A DNA stretch of 64,000 nucleotides from Methanocellales archaeon (GCA_030610945.1 JAUWQV010000001.1:25901-89900), one strand, 5' to 3'; counted from the first letter of the stretch, positions 1-9,167 are shown. The notes: generated by a model from the sequence alone, not told the origin. Translations and numbers: made by a program.

Positions 1-1377
1 TTTTCTCAAGCAATTGATTATCTGGCTGGTCACTCGTTTGTGCTCCTCGTTAGTTTCAAACTCGATGATATCGGTCCTCAATCTTTTTGCCAGTGATGAT
101 GGTAAAATTTTCAGGGCGTCCGTGTTAAAGTAAGACATGGCATCCTCCAAGTCCTTTTCAAAATTCCTGTAAACGCCTTCAAAATACTCTATATCTTTGT
201 CACGTAGCGCGTTTATCCCCAAGATTTCTGGCGGCAGGCCGATGGAGTATAAAGAAGCGCAAAACACTATTGCCCTGGGCAGAGACATCCCTTTTATAGA
301 GCGCGAGTACCCGAAGAGACCTATGTGCAACTTCCTTCTTCTTCGTTGGGGGACGTATGTGGCTACTTGGTTAATCAAAGGAGCCAAAATCTGGACCTGC
401 TTTCTGTATTCTCTCGATACCCTCTCGACTATTTCCAGGCACCTCTCCTCATCGACGGGTACCGGTTTATCTCTTTTTCTCCTTTTAATCTCGTCGATAG
501 CTCCCTTCACGTTTTCCTCGGGATAATCATACTTGAAGGCTGATTGTACCGTAAACGTCTGTACACTGGGATATTCGCCAAGACAGTTGTCTACGTTTAT
601 CGGCTTGAAATTGCCTCTAAAAGGCGCAGAGCCTAGACCAATAATAGGTAAAATCTCCACGGAAATGTTCCCTGCAAGTTCATGAAGCCTTTGCAAGGCT
701 ATTTTATTAATTAGTATCGCACTTACAGAGCCATAATTCTCCGCAGGGTCACTCCTTGCGAGAAAGACGCGCTGATATTCAATTTTTTTGTCCTTAAGAT
801 ACTCTTTGACCATATTGTGTGCGTTGAGCATATGCTCTTTATCTTCAATTAGAGGGATTACGTTAATCTCCTTGGGCTTGAATTCACCAATCCACTCGGC
901 AATCGTAGCATCTCCCTTAAAGAATGGCTTATCCTGCTTCCCTACAACGAAATTTTTGTAATAATGGTAAATCCTATTCAAGCACTTGGGCGATGTTGTC
1001 ATGGGCAAGATTACTTCAAATATCGGCGAGATATCTTCTTGATAGAAGAGTTTGGCTACGTCAAAGGAGCGCGGAATGCTCTCCAAAGTCTCCAGCAATA
1101 TCTTTGCTTCGCTCTTCTCGAAAGTAGGATTGGGGACTCTCAACGTGAGGAATACGTCTTTTCCCAGTTTATTGGCCTTGAAGAAATGCTCATACTTCGT
1201 CAGTAGTTTTTTAACCACGAAGTTGTCAACCTCTTTCCCTTCATGGTCCCACATTTGCTCTTCACAGCCTAAATGGGAGAACGCATAGTATGCCTCTCTT
1301 ATCTCATCCTCTCCTCCGAGGATGGTATCCTCTGCAAAAAAGGGAGATGTCACATTATCTGGATGCTGTGAACTCAT
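1..1377 (-). CDS. ppcA: Archaeal-type phosphoenolpyruvate carboxylase (PepcA family), partial: N-terminus in window, C-terminus beyond window start
   Basis: Not in the ORF track because there is no stop in the window. Manual minus-strand translation from ATG (rev) at ~1375-1377 gives MSSQHPDNVTSPFFAEDTILGGEDEIREAYYAFSHLGCEE... as an open frame all the way to position 1. The S/T-Q-H-P-D-N N-terminal motif and length are consistent with archaeal PEPC. The plus-strand ORFs listed over 197-1288 are antisense shadows. Confidence 0.6.
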   Translation of the reverse strand, partial: MSSQHPDNVTSPFFAEDTILGGEDEIREAYYAFSHLGCEEQMWDHEGKEVDNFVVKKLLTKYEHFFKANKLGKDVFLTLRVPNPTFEKSEAKILLETLESIPRSFDVAKLFYQEDISPIFEVILPMTTSPKCLNRIYHYYKNFVVGKQDKPFFKGDATIAEWIGEFKPKEINVIPLIEDKEHMLNAHNMVKEYLKDKKIEYQRVFLARSDPAENYGSVSAILINKIALQRLHELAGNISVEILPIIGLGSAPFRGNFKPINVDNCLGEYPSVQTFTVQSAFKYDYPEENVKGAIDEIKRRKRDKPVPVDEERCLEIVERVSREYRKQVQILAPLINQVATYVPQRRRRKLHIGLFGYSRSIKGMSLPRAIVFCASLYSIGLPPEILGINALRDKDIEYFEGVYRNFEKDLEDAMSYFNTDALKILPSSLAKRLRTDIIEFETNEEHKRVTSQIINCLRK

Positions 1378-1476
1378 ACATCTTGGTATTTTCATCGCAT
1401 CGCCATTCTATTCGTGAGCATTATATAGTTAATGTTGATTGAAAGGCTTAATATTCTATAAAACTATGATTGGACG

Positions 1477-2400
1477 ATGATGATCATATGGCAGCACTTA
1501 TTGCTTTTCGTCATCGGGCTCGTTTTACTGGTCAAAGGATCTGACTATCTGGTAGATGGGGCGTCGCGTTTGGCTACGGGCTTGGGCGTATCATCCATGG
1601 TCATCGGGTTGACCATCGTCGCATATGGAACATCATTACCAGAATTTGCAGTGAGCTTTGTGGCGTCTTTAGAGGGCATAGATGACATTGCCCTTGGAAA
1701 CGTAATCGGGTCAAACATAGCAAATATCTGCCTTGTTCTGGGTCTGAGCGCAGCAATACGGCCGTTGAAAGTGCACATCTCAGTCATAAAAAAAGAGATG
1801 CTCATCATGCTGGGAGCTGCTCTTGCCATGACTTTTATGTTATTGGATGGTGTGATTGATAGAATAGACGGTGTGATATTATTAATCGGACTTGTTGCAT
1901 ATCTGATTTTTTTTGTGCACGAAGCTTTTCAGGCGAATAAGACTGGCACAGCACATCAACACGCTCCTTTTTGGCGCAACGTCCTTATGACAATCTGCGG
2001 CCTGGTGATGATTGCATTAGGTGCCAGGTTGCTGGTCGACTCATCAGTGAGCATCGCTCGCCAAATAGAGGTGAGCGAGTATATAATTGGCTTGACAGTC
2101 ATCGCAATAGGGACGTCACTGCCAGAACTTGCGACGTCGGCAATGGCATCGTACAAAAATCAAAGCGACATTGCGGTGGGCAACATCATAGGAAGCGTTT
2201 CGTTTAACATACTGCTCGTTATCGGTGCGTGTGCGGTGGTACTGCCACTCGCCTTACACACGTTCATCGACTTGTATCTAATGTGCGGGGTGTGCGCACT
2301 CATACTGGTACTATTCTGGACAGGATTGACGTTGACGCGCCGGGAAGGCGTGTTGTTGTTGATTGGTTACGGCGCGTACATGGCATATCTATTTCTCTAG
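1477..2400 (+). CDS. Na+/Ca2+ exchanger (CaCA/YrbG family) membrane protein
   Basis: Two internal repeats carry the alpha-motifs GTSLPEFAVS and GTSLPELATS. Polytopic hydrophobic sequence, 307 aa. Confidence 0.8.
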   Translation: MMIIWQHLLLFVIGLVLLVKGSDYLVDGASRLATGLGVSSMVIGLTIVAYGTSLPEFAVSFVASLEGIDDIALGNVIGSNIANICLVLGLSAAIRPLKVHISVIKKEMLIMLGAALAMTFMLLDGVIDRIDGVILLIGLVAYLIFFVHEAFQANKTGTAHQHAPFWRNVLMTICGLVMIALGARLLVDSSVSIARQIEVSEYIIGLTVIAIGTSLPELATSAMASYKNQSDIAVGNIIGSVSFNILLVIGACAVVLPLALHTFIDLYLMCGVCALILVLFWTGLTLTRREGVLLLIGYGAYMAYLFL

Positions 2401-2474
2401 GTCTGCGACGCTAACGCTAATCTCGAATGGGCTCAACCTGATAAAACAATTAGAAATGTCTCCATTATGCAGGT

Positions 2475-2783
2475 TCACGAACTTATCTGTTCAGCTGCAA
2501 ACCCCCTACTGGTAAGTAGTCCTTTTACTCTATTTTTGTGGTTTCCCTGTAACTCTATCCTTTTGTCTTTGATTGTCCCTCCGCATGCAAGTTTTGACTT
2601 TAGGTAAGTGGAAAGTTCATTAATATCAATCTCATCGGGGTCCAATCCCTCAATGATAGTAACTGCCTTCCCGTATCTCCGGGTATCAAGTTTTACCACT
2701 ATTCTCTGCTGTTCTTTTGCAACCTCTTCGCAGATGCAAAGCTCGCTCGGCAGGCCGCAAATTGGACACATTTCTGAACTCAT
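2475..2783 (-). CDS. Translation initiation factor SUI1 (aIF1)
   Basis: 102 aa. N-terminal C-x2-C...C-x-C zinc knuckle followed by a SUI1-fold region ([13 protein letters not shown]...LACGGT). Confidence 0.85.
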   Translation of the reverse strand: MSSEMCPICGLPSELCICEEVAKEQQRIVVKLDTRRYGKAVTIIEGLDPDEIDINELSTYLKSKLACGGTIKDKRIELQGNHKNRVKGLLTSRGFAAEQISS

Positions 2784-2866
2784 CTTTGTAAAGACCTCCA
2801 GAAGCGGTTATATAGCTTATATTAGATAAACTTATGATGTGTCACGAATACTATAATCCCGCATAA

Positions 2867-2941
2867 GGGCTCGTGGTCTAGTTGGTTATGACGTCGCCTT
2901 GACATGGCGGAGATCGCCGGTTCGAATCCGGCCGGGCCCAT
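2867..2941 (+). tRNA. tRNA-Val (anticodon GAC)
   Basis: Cloverleaf folded by hand: acceptor gggctcg/cgggccc, T-arm gccgg-ttcgaat-ccggc, anticodon loop ttGACat. No CCA encoded. Coordinates +/-2. Confidence 0.8.
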
Positions 2942-3051
2942 CAACCTTTTAAAAAAGGGTTGATTAAAATGTGCTGCATTCGCTTCGCTCAACAGCACGA
3001 AACATATAAACTTAAAAAAGACATGAAATATTGGCTGAAAAGTGTGATTTT

Positions 3052-3125
3052 GCCCTGGTAGCTCAGCCTGGGAGAGCGTGCGGCTGAAGACCGCATTGTC
3101 CCCGGTTCAAATCCGGGTCAGGGCA
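3052..3125 (+). tRNA. tRNA-Phe (anticodon GAA)
   Basis: Acceptor gccctgg/tcagggc, D-arm tagctcag, anticodon stem tgcgg/ccgca with loop ctGAAga, T-loop ggttcaaatcc. Coordinates +/-2. Confidence 0.8.
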
Positions 3126-3155
3126 TGCGCATTCGCTCAAACGAAGTGCAACTTT

Positions 3156-3227
3156 GCGCTGGTAGTGTAGTGGCTATCACTATGGCTTGCCAAGCCATAA
3201 ACCCGGGTTCGAATCCCGGCTAGCGCA
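3156..3227 (+). tRNA. tRNA-Gly (anticodon GCC)
   Basis: Acceptor gcgctgg/ctagcgc, anticodon stem atggc/gccat with loop ttGCCaa, T-loop gggttcgaatccc. Coordinates +/-2. Confidence 0.8.
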
Positions 3228-3247
3228 TGACGAACGAAGTGAGGAAT

Positions 3248-4459
3248 CTAAAAACTATCCAGCGTTTTCTGAAATTTAAAATCATGTATAAGTTTTGCCT
3301 CTTTCTTCCATCTGTGCAGTGGAGTTCTTATTCTCGTAGCGATGTCGTTGAGTGCAGCATCGGCAGTTTCAAACCGCTTTGGCCCTTGCATCATTGCATT
3401 TCTGACTGCCTCCCTAATCACCCATACACCCAATGGCGCCCAATAATCTGGTAGAATCTCCCGCACGATAAAAATCGATGCCTGTCTTTTAATTCGCTCA
3501 AGATATTCAACAGCGCTGAGACGTGCTGCATAATATCCCCCGGTTAAAAGGGAATACGCCTTCTTGCCAGCATAACCCTCCCTGTCAGCGCCAATCCACG
3601 TGCCTTCACTTACCCATGCAGACCTCGGCATCCATATCTCTATCAACTCAAAGGAAAATGGGCGAGGGAGCAAAAGTATCTCGAAATGGTTGCCAAATTT
3701 CTGTGTGCTGAAAAGTCTGATGCCATCCAATACAGAGTGGTCCTTCACCCTTTCGATTAACTCCTTGCCAACTATATCGTCTGTAGCTGTAATTGCCCAT
3801 CTTGTTGGAACGAGTCGACGGTCATTTTTCCGCCCCAACAGCCCGACGGAAAGAAGCCGGTTAATATGATAAACTGAAATATCGCCCCCATACAACTCTA
3901 CTGCAGCATCTGTAGCCAAGACATCCGTATCAGAAACCAAGCGGTCAACTTTCCGTGGAACAGACGGGTTTTCAGTTATGCTCATATCCTTGAGTATGCC
4001 AGAAGGCCCCATTGGACTCAAGACGCCGTCAAAGCGCACCTCCATCTTAGGCGGCTTGAGAAATCTGACTTCTGTGTCAACTGGTGCAGACGCCATCGCG
4101 AGTTCTTGTGTTTTAATTAAAAGGCGATTGTCCAGCGCGCGTGGACTTCTGATATTCAACTGGGTGCTGGACCGAACGAGATTTGAGCGCAATCCGATTA
4201 CAGCATCTATTCCCTTGTCCAGCCATTGGGTAGGGTCGCCATATATTCGCGCGTCCTTGGCAGCGGTCTCTGGAGGGACCAATGGACCTGCCCTAACCTC
4301 TGGGTACCCGGCCTGCCCGACGAATACAGACGGGGGAGATGCACCAAAGATGCTGTCACCTACAGAGATGCGTTTCACTGCACCAAGTTTTGCGAGTATG
4401 GGGCAAAAAGGTCGCCCGCAGAATCCCCTGCCCTTGCATATGACGCACCGAGTTTCCAT
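3248..4459 (-). CDS. nreA: NreA-like DNA repair protein (Nre family)
   Basis: 403 aa. The N-terminal Cys cluster METRCVICKGRGFCGRPFCP is typical of the archaeal Nre family. Overall length and composition also fit. Confidence 0.65.
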   Translation of the reverse strand: METRCVICKGRGFCGRPFCPILAKLGAVKRISVGDSIFGASPPSVFVGQAGYPEVRAGPLVPPETAAKDARIYGDPTQWLDKGIDAVIGLRSNLVRSSTQLNIRSPRALDNRLLIKTQELAMASAPVDTEVRFLKPPKMEVRFDGVLSPMGPSGILKDMSITENPSVPRKVDRLVSDTDVLATDAAVELYGGDISVYHINRLLSVGLLGRKNDRRLVPTRWAITATDDIVGKELIERVKDHSVLDGIRLFSTQKFGNHFEILLLPRPFSFELIEIWMPRSAWVSEGTWIGADREGYAGKKAYSLLTGGYYAARLSAVEYLERIKRQASIFIVREILPDYWAPLGVWVIREAVRNAMMQGPKRFETADAALNDIATRIRTPLHRWKKEAKLIHDFKFQKTLDSF

Positions 4460-4616
4460 ACATGAACTCGTTTGAATACGACAAGATATAAAAGATACGG
4501 CAACAAGATAATCGACTTGTCATTAGCTCCTATGTAATCTTATGTGTACCACCCAGAGGAAGGGTCGGGTATTGGTTAAAGTATAAAAGTATATAAGTGA
4601 AGTCATTAGTTTTAAT

Positions 4617-5459
4617 TTGATGGCATCTACTATTGACTTTGATTGTGTGTATAAGAAAATCCAATCACGAGTGGATGAATACAATAAATTAAATATATGG
4701 TTAACATGCGTCTTTGTATGTGGTTTAGTTTCTTTTTTCATCCTTTATTTCAATATTTTATTTAAATTTCTCTCCAGCTCTATATTTTTTGTTATACTAG
4801 CAGTATTTTTAATTTGTGTAATAATTGGCTTGAAAATTAAAATCAAATCTAGCAGACTAAAAATAACAAATAGATATAGAATAATCTACTACTTACAAAA
4901 TATTAAAAAAGCGATTCTTGTCGACGACTTTAGTTCTGCAAAAGCTGGCATTAGTTCTTGCGTACTATTTTTGAATGATTTGATTGAAGAATATAAATAT
5001 ACAGAGTTTACCGAGGAGATAGTAGAGAGTTTGGTCAAAATTGAGGCCATACTTAGAAACTATGCATACCCCATTATATCGGAAGATTCTCAAAAATATC
5101 CTTTAAAAGTAAGTACAATCTCTGATTATTTGGATGTGGCATCAAGGCAAATTTATCTTAACAAACTAAAAGAAGCTACAATGTTCAGCACTAAAGGCTT
5201 TGAAGAAGTCGAAGTTCCAATCAAGTCTGTTATACCGTTATCGAGATTTCGAATAGGGGCAGATAAGTTAGTAGGATATACACAAACTAATCCATCAGCT
5301 CGATATATTGGCACTTCTTTAATTGCGTTTATCGTAGTTTTTGGATTTGACATGGCACTAAAAAGGGATTTGAATGTTGTCAAATTTGACATGCTAACCA
5401 TTTTGGGTATCTCTGTAATGATCGCCACTGGTATTATGTCCTCTCGGAAAAGTAAGTAA
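4617..5459 (+). CDS. Hypothetical membrane protein (2 N-terminal and 2 C-terminal TM helices, soluble middle) in an AT-rich islet
   Basis: Long ORF with strong AT bias (about 30% GC) compared with its neighbours. Hydrophobic segments at both ends. No recognisable family. Confidence 0.5.
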   Translation: MMASTIDFDCVYKKIQSRVDEYNKLNIWLTCVFVCGLVSFFILYFNILFKFLSSSIFFVILAVFLICVIIGLKIKIKSSRLKITNRYRIIYYLQNIKKAILVDDFSSAKAGISSCVLFLNDLIEEYKYTEFTEEIVESLVKIEAILRNYAYPIISEDSQKYPLKVSTISDYLDVASRQIYLNKLKEATMFSTKGFEEVEVPIKSVIPLSRFRIGADKLVGYTQTNPSARYIGTSLIAFIVVFGFDMALKRDLNVVKFDMLTILGISVMIATGIMSSRKSK

Positions 5460-5476
5460 CTGTACTTATACTTATT

Positions 5477-5965
5477 TTACCATGAATATTGATCGATTAC
5501 GTTTCCGTTCTGATCTAGCAGTGTTACTGAATCATGAGTGTTTGCTAGGTAAAGCCCACGTGTGTATCTAGTGGGATTGTATGTTGACCCATATACTGTC
5601 CAGTATCCTCCGGGTGTTATGGTTGTCCCGCTTGGTATTATGTAAGTGCCTTCTTCATCTGTGAGTTTCCATCCGCTTATGTCTACTGTAGTGGTGCCTG
5701 TATTTTTTAGTTTAATCATTTAATCGTCTGGTTCCGGTCCAGGTGGGTCATATATAACTTGGTAGATTATCACGCTGACTGCTGGGCTGGGAGTTGGCGT
5801 AGGTGTAGGCGTAGGAGTTGCAGTAGGTGTTGGACTCAGAGTTGGAGTGGGCGTAGGTGTAGGAGTCGGCGTTGGTGTTGCTTCTGGGGTGCTGTTCTCA
5901 ACACATCCAGTGACCATCGCGACGATAAGCAGCGTTGCCAGCATCATAGTGATCTTTTTCATCAC
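5477..5965 (-). pseudogene. Lamin-tail-domain (LTD) lipoprotein interrupted by an in-frame TAA
   Basis: ORFs 5720-5965 and 5477-5719 are in the same frame and separated only by TAA (plus strand tta at 5720-5722). The upstream part has a signal/lipobox (MMKKITMMLATLLIVAMVTGC), a PT-repeat linker, and the start of the LTD (VIYDPPGPEPDD). The downstream part continues the LTD (MIKLKNTGTTTVDISGWKLTDEEG...). Confidence 0.6.
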
Positions 5966-6036
5966 TTTCGCCCTCCACTCACGCCCAGTGTAAAGTCGGC
6001 TCTTTTATCAAAGGTATGATAATCTAATCCAAATAT

Positions 6037-6231
6037 CTAAATTACGACTAATATTACCCCAAAAAATATTAGTGGCAATCCAACAATCATACCAATTCCA
6101 GTAAGACTAAAAATTATTCCAGCAACAATTAAAACTGCTCCAGTCGCTTTTCTAATTGGTTCAAAGAAGAGAGACGCTAATCCACCCATAAATAACAACA
6201 TTAGCAGCAGTAATTCAGTTGGGCCTATCAT
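6037..6231 (-). CDS. Small hydrophobic protein (2 TM), hypothetical
   Basis: 64 aa and almost entirely hydrophobic. Lies at the edge of the AT-rich islet. Could be spurious. Confidence 0.3.
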   Translation of the reverse strand: MIGPTELLLLMLLFMGGLASLFFEPIRKATGAVLIVAGIIFSLTGIGMIVGLPLIFFGVILVVI

Positions 6232-6311
6232 TAATATATCCTCATTCTCTTATTATAACCCGATGGGAATATTTAAGTTTTGTTAATGTCGTAACGTTAG
6301 CGAGTGAGTAC

Positions 6312-7097
6312 ATGGCTTTACTAGAGGTCAAGGACCTTCATGCAAAGGTGGATGGCAAGGAGATTTTAAGAGGAGTCAACCTTGAAATAGGTAAGGGGGA
6401 AGTGCATGTCCTTCTGGGCCCCAATGCATCCGGCAAGACGTCCCTGGCCCTGACGCTAATTGGAATGCCTGCGTATGAAGTAACAAAAGGCGAGATGCTT
6501 TTTGATGGAAAAAATATTATCAATTTAGATACAGCACAACGCGCGAAAAAAGGGATGAGTTTCGCTTTCCAGTTTCCGCCTGCAATTAGAGGAGTGAAAC
6601 TCCGTGATATAATCAGGCTATGCGGCGGGAAAGACCATTGGGATCCAAGCAAGGTGCCTGAGGAAAAATTTGCCACCGAGATGCTTGAAAAGGTCGGGCT
6701 GCCCCCTAATTTTAAGGACAGGGACATAAACGTTGGTTTTTCTGGCGGTGAGAGAAAAAGGTCTGAACTGGCGCAAATTCTGGCAATGAAGCCGCGATTT
6801 ATGGTTTTAGATGAGCCGGACTCTGGCGTGGATATCGACTCCCTGAAGCTGATCGGGAAACGGATAGATGAGTTTGTCAAGGAAACCAGGAGTTCGCTGC
6901 TTTTAATTACCCATTACAGGCACATCTTACAATATGTTGAGAGCGACTTTGCTCACGTAATGTGCAGGGGCAAAATAGTCGTCACAGGCAAGCCAGAAGA
7001 CATCTTATCGAGGATAGAAGAGGAAGGGTACTGTGCGTATGTTGATATCTGTCCGCCTGCGATAAAGAAAGAGGCGGAAAAGCTTATGCGTGACTGA
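6312..7097 (+). CDS. sufC: Fe-S cluster assembly ATPase SufC
   Basis: ABC ATPase motifs: Walker A GPNASGKTS, signature FSGGERKR, Walker B MVLDEPDSG. I prefer the internal Met (MALLEVKDL) as the start. It lies immediately upstream of a SufB/D homologue. Confidence 0.85.
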   Translation: MALLEVKDLHAKVDGKEILRGVNLEIGKGEVHVLLGPNASGKTSLALTLIGMPAYEVTKGEMLFDGKNIINLDTAQRAKKGMSFAFQFPPAIRGVKLRDIIRLCGGKDHWDPSKVPEEKFATEMLEKVGLPPNFKDRDINVGFSGGERKRSELAQILAMKPRFMVLDEPDSGVDIDSLKLIGKRIDEFVKETRSSLLLITHYRHILQYVESDFAHVMCRGKIVVTGKPEDILSRIEEEGYCAYVDICPPAIKKEAEKLMRD

Positions 7098-7103
7098 GGT
7101 TGC

Positions 7104-8354
7104 ATGTTTCCAAAATGGTACACTGAGAAAAGAAGAGAGGCAAAAGAGCTTTTAAAAAAGGCGAAACCTGCTAAGTATGGTCTAGATGTAGACCTGAATG
7201 CCTTTAGTTTGCAGGCGCCTTCTCATGCAAAAATAAACGAACTGGCGAGCCTTGAAAAAGATGTTAGGGACGCTTCTAAGGTGGTGGGAACCAGAGACGA
7301 CGAAGAATACAGAAGTGGCACCTATTTTCAATATGACAATGATGTGGTGTACCTACAACACAACAAGTCGTTAAAAGAAAAGGGATTAGTCATTCACAGT
7401 ATAGATGATGCGGTTCAAATGTATCCCTGGCTGGAAAAATACTGGTTCAAGGAACTGCCCATGGGACTGGACAAATACACCACATATGTAGCGGCAAACT
7501 CGGTTGGTGGTGCCTTCGTCTGGGCACAGGAAGGTGCCAGAATAGAACACCCAATCCAGGCATGCCTGTTCATGGGAGCTGACAGGGCGATTCAAGCGCC
7601 ACACAACATCATCGTTGCCGAGCCCCACTCGAAGGTTCACCTGATAACCGGCTGCACCGTTCATCCCAAGTGTGAGACTGCAGCGCATGTCGCCGCAACC
7701 GAGATTTATGTCAAGGAGGGGGCAGAAGTTACCTGGTCGATGATACATTCCTGGGGAGAGAATTTTCATGTAAGACCAAGGACGGGTGCCATCGTCGAAG
7801 ATGGCGGGACTCTCATGATGAATTATGTCCTGTTATCGCCAGTTAAGTCTATCCAGATGTATCCCACTGTTGTCCTTAAAGGCAAAGGAGCAAGGGTAAG
7901 TTTCAGAAACCTGATTTTGGGCAGGGGCAAGTCAAACATCGACGTCGGCAGCGGTATTATTTTATCTGGTGAAGAAAGCAAGGGGGAGATTAACAGCAGA
8001 GCGGTCATAATGGATGAAACGACAATAGACATGAGGGGTCTGCTGCGCGGAAATAAGCCGGGCACCAAGGGGCATCTTGAGTGCAGAGGGTTGCTGTTAA
8101 GCGATAAGGCAAAAGCAAGAGCGCATCCAAATCTCGATGCCAGGACAAATGAAGCTGACCTGACCCATGAAGCGGCAGTCGGGAAGATTGCAGAAGAAGA
8201 ATTATTTTATCTCATGACCAGAGGGCTGAGCAAGGATGAAGCGACCTCCCTGATAGCAAGGGGCTTTCTTGACACGGATATCCCAGGCCTGCCGCCAGCG
8301 CTTCAGAAGGAAATTGGCAGAATAGTCTCAATGACGACAAGGGAAGTCATGTAA
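7104..8354 (+). CDS. sufB: Fe-S cluster assembly protein SufB/SufD family
   Basis: 416 aa. The C-terminal beta-helix region is typical of SufBD. Forms an operon with sufC. Confidence 0.8.
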   Translation: MFPKWYTEKRREAKELLKKAKPAKYGLDVDLNAFSLQAPSHAKINELASLEKDVRDASKVVGTRDDEEYRSGTYFQYDNDVVYLQHNKSLKEKGLVIHSIDDAVQMYPWLEKYWFKELPMGLDKYTTYVAANSVGGAFVWAQEGARIEHPIQACLFMGADRAIQAPHNIIVAEPHSKVHLITGCTVHPKCETAAHVAATEIYVKEGAEVTWSMIHSWGENFHVRPRTGAIVEDGGTLMMNYVLLSPVKSIQMYPTVVLKGKGARVSFRNLILGRGKSNIDVGSGIILSGEESKGEINSRAVIMDETTIDMRGLLRGNKPGTKGHLECRGLLLSDKAKARAHPNLDARTNEADLTHEAAVGKIAEEELFYLMTRGLSKDEATSLIARGFLDTDIPGLPPALQKEIGRIVSMTTREVM

Positions 8355-9164
8355 ATAGCGCCATAATTTTGGTTGTGTAGATTTTTCCAATCCCGGGATG
8401 CCAACTGCATCAGCCCTGCACTGCTTGCAGCAGGTCAAAAGCCGCATGTGCTTTTTCACCGCCAACCTGGCAGCATCCATCTGCGCACAGCTTGGCCGCT
8501 CTTTCCCCCTGAACTCGCCCAAGGGAATCAGTGGCATGACATTCATGATGTATGCATACTTAGACGCCCATCGCGCTATCTTCTCGACTTCATGCTCGTT
8601 GATGCCCGGAATCAGCACGGTGTTTATTTTTACAGTAATGCCCAGTTCATGCGCGAGTTCAACCCCCGACTGCTGGTTCTCAAGCAGCACCTTAAAATCC
8701 CTGCTCCGCCTTCCGTCAACAGTAATCCATCTGTAGATTTTTCTGGCAGAATCCACGCTTGCGGCATTGACTGTGACCGTCAAGAAGTCCAGATTCATCT
8801 CATGAAGCGGCCTAACCTTGTCTAGCAGCAGTAGCCCGTTGGTGCTCATGCACGTTTTCAATTGGGGGAAGTGTTTCTTGATGAGCGCCAGCGTCTCAAA
8901 CGTTTGGCGATTTGCCAGAGGGTCACCTGGCCCGGCAACGGCTGCGATCATGTTACGGGGCTCTGCCTTGATAGCGCGCCTTACAACGGAGACTGCTTCC
9001 GAAGGAGATATGACCTTGAGGGTTGCACCCGGTATGCTTGGCATCCCATCAACGCAAACGCCTGCCTCACAGTATCTACACTTTATATTGCACTTAAGCG
9101 CAACCGGCAGGTGTATTCTACCAACGCGATAATGCGCCTCGTTGTCAAAGCAAGGGTGTTCCAT
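8328..9164 (-). CDS. NifB-like radical SAM protein (catalytic domain only, no NifX domain)
   Basis: HPCFDNEAHYRVGRIHLPVALKCNIKCRYC aligns with the NifB N-terminus (HPCYSEEAHH...CNIQCNYC), including the CxxxCxxC radical SAM motif. 278 aa. Confidence 0.65.
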   Translation of the reverse strand: MEHPCFDNEAHYRVGRIHLPVALKCNIKCRYCEAGVCVDGMPSIPGATLKVISPSEAVSVVRRAIKAEPRNMIAAVAGPGDPLANRQTFETLALIKKHFPQLKTCMSTNGLLLLDKVRPLHEMNLDFLTVTVNAASVDSARKIYRWITVDGRRSRDFKVLLENQQSGVELAHELGITVKINTVLIPGINEHEVEKIARWASKYAYIMNVMPLIPLGEFRGKERPSCAQMDAARLAVKKHMRLLTCCKQCRADAVGIPGLEKSTQPKLWRYLHDFPCRH

Positions 9165-9167
9165 TAT

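Noticed and set aside
197-1288. Five plus-strand ORFs (67-109 aa) at the left edge
   Set aside because: They lie antisense to a continuous minus-strand reading frame that encodes the archaeal-type PEPC. They have no domain features and are shadow ORFs.
5720-5722. The in-frame stop in the LTD lipoprotein as a pyrrolysine or selenocysteine recoding site
   Set aside because: The codon is TAA. Pyl uses TAG and Sec uses TGA. No SECIS/PYLIS-like structure is evident.
5759-5965. Possible CRISPR-like or tandem DNA repeat in the (ccn-acn) Pro/Thr region
   Set aside because: The periodicity is 6 nt and sits inside a coding PT-linker of the lipoprotein. There are no spacer-repeat units of CRISPR size. 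No CRISPR array was seen anywhere in the window.
2867-6300. Integrated mobile element or provirus at the tRNA cluster
   Set aside because: No integrase, transposase, or identifiable att direct repeats were found by eye. Only the compositional anomaly remains, and it is reported as a finding at lower certainty.
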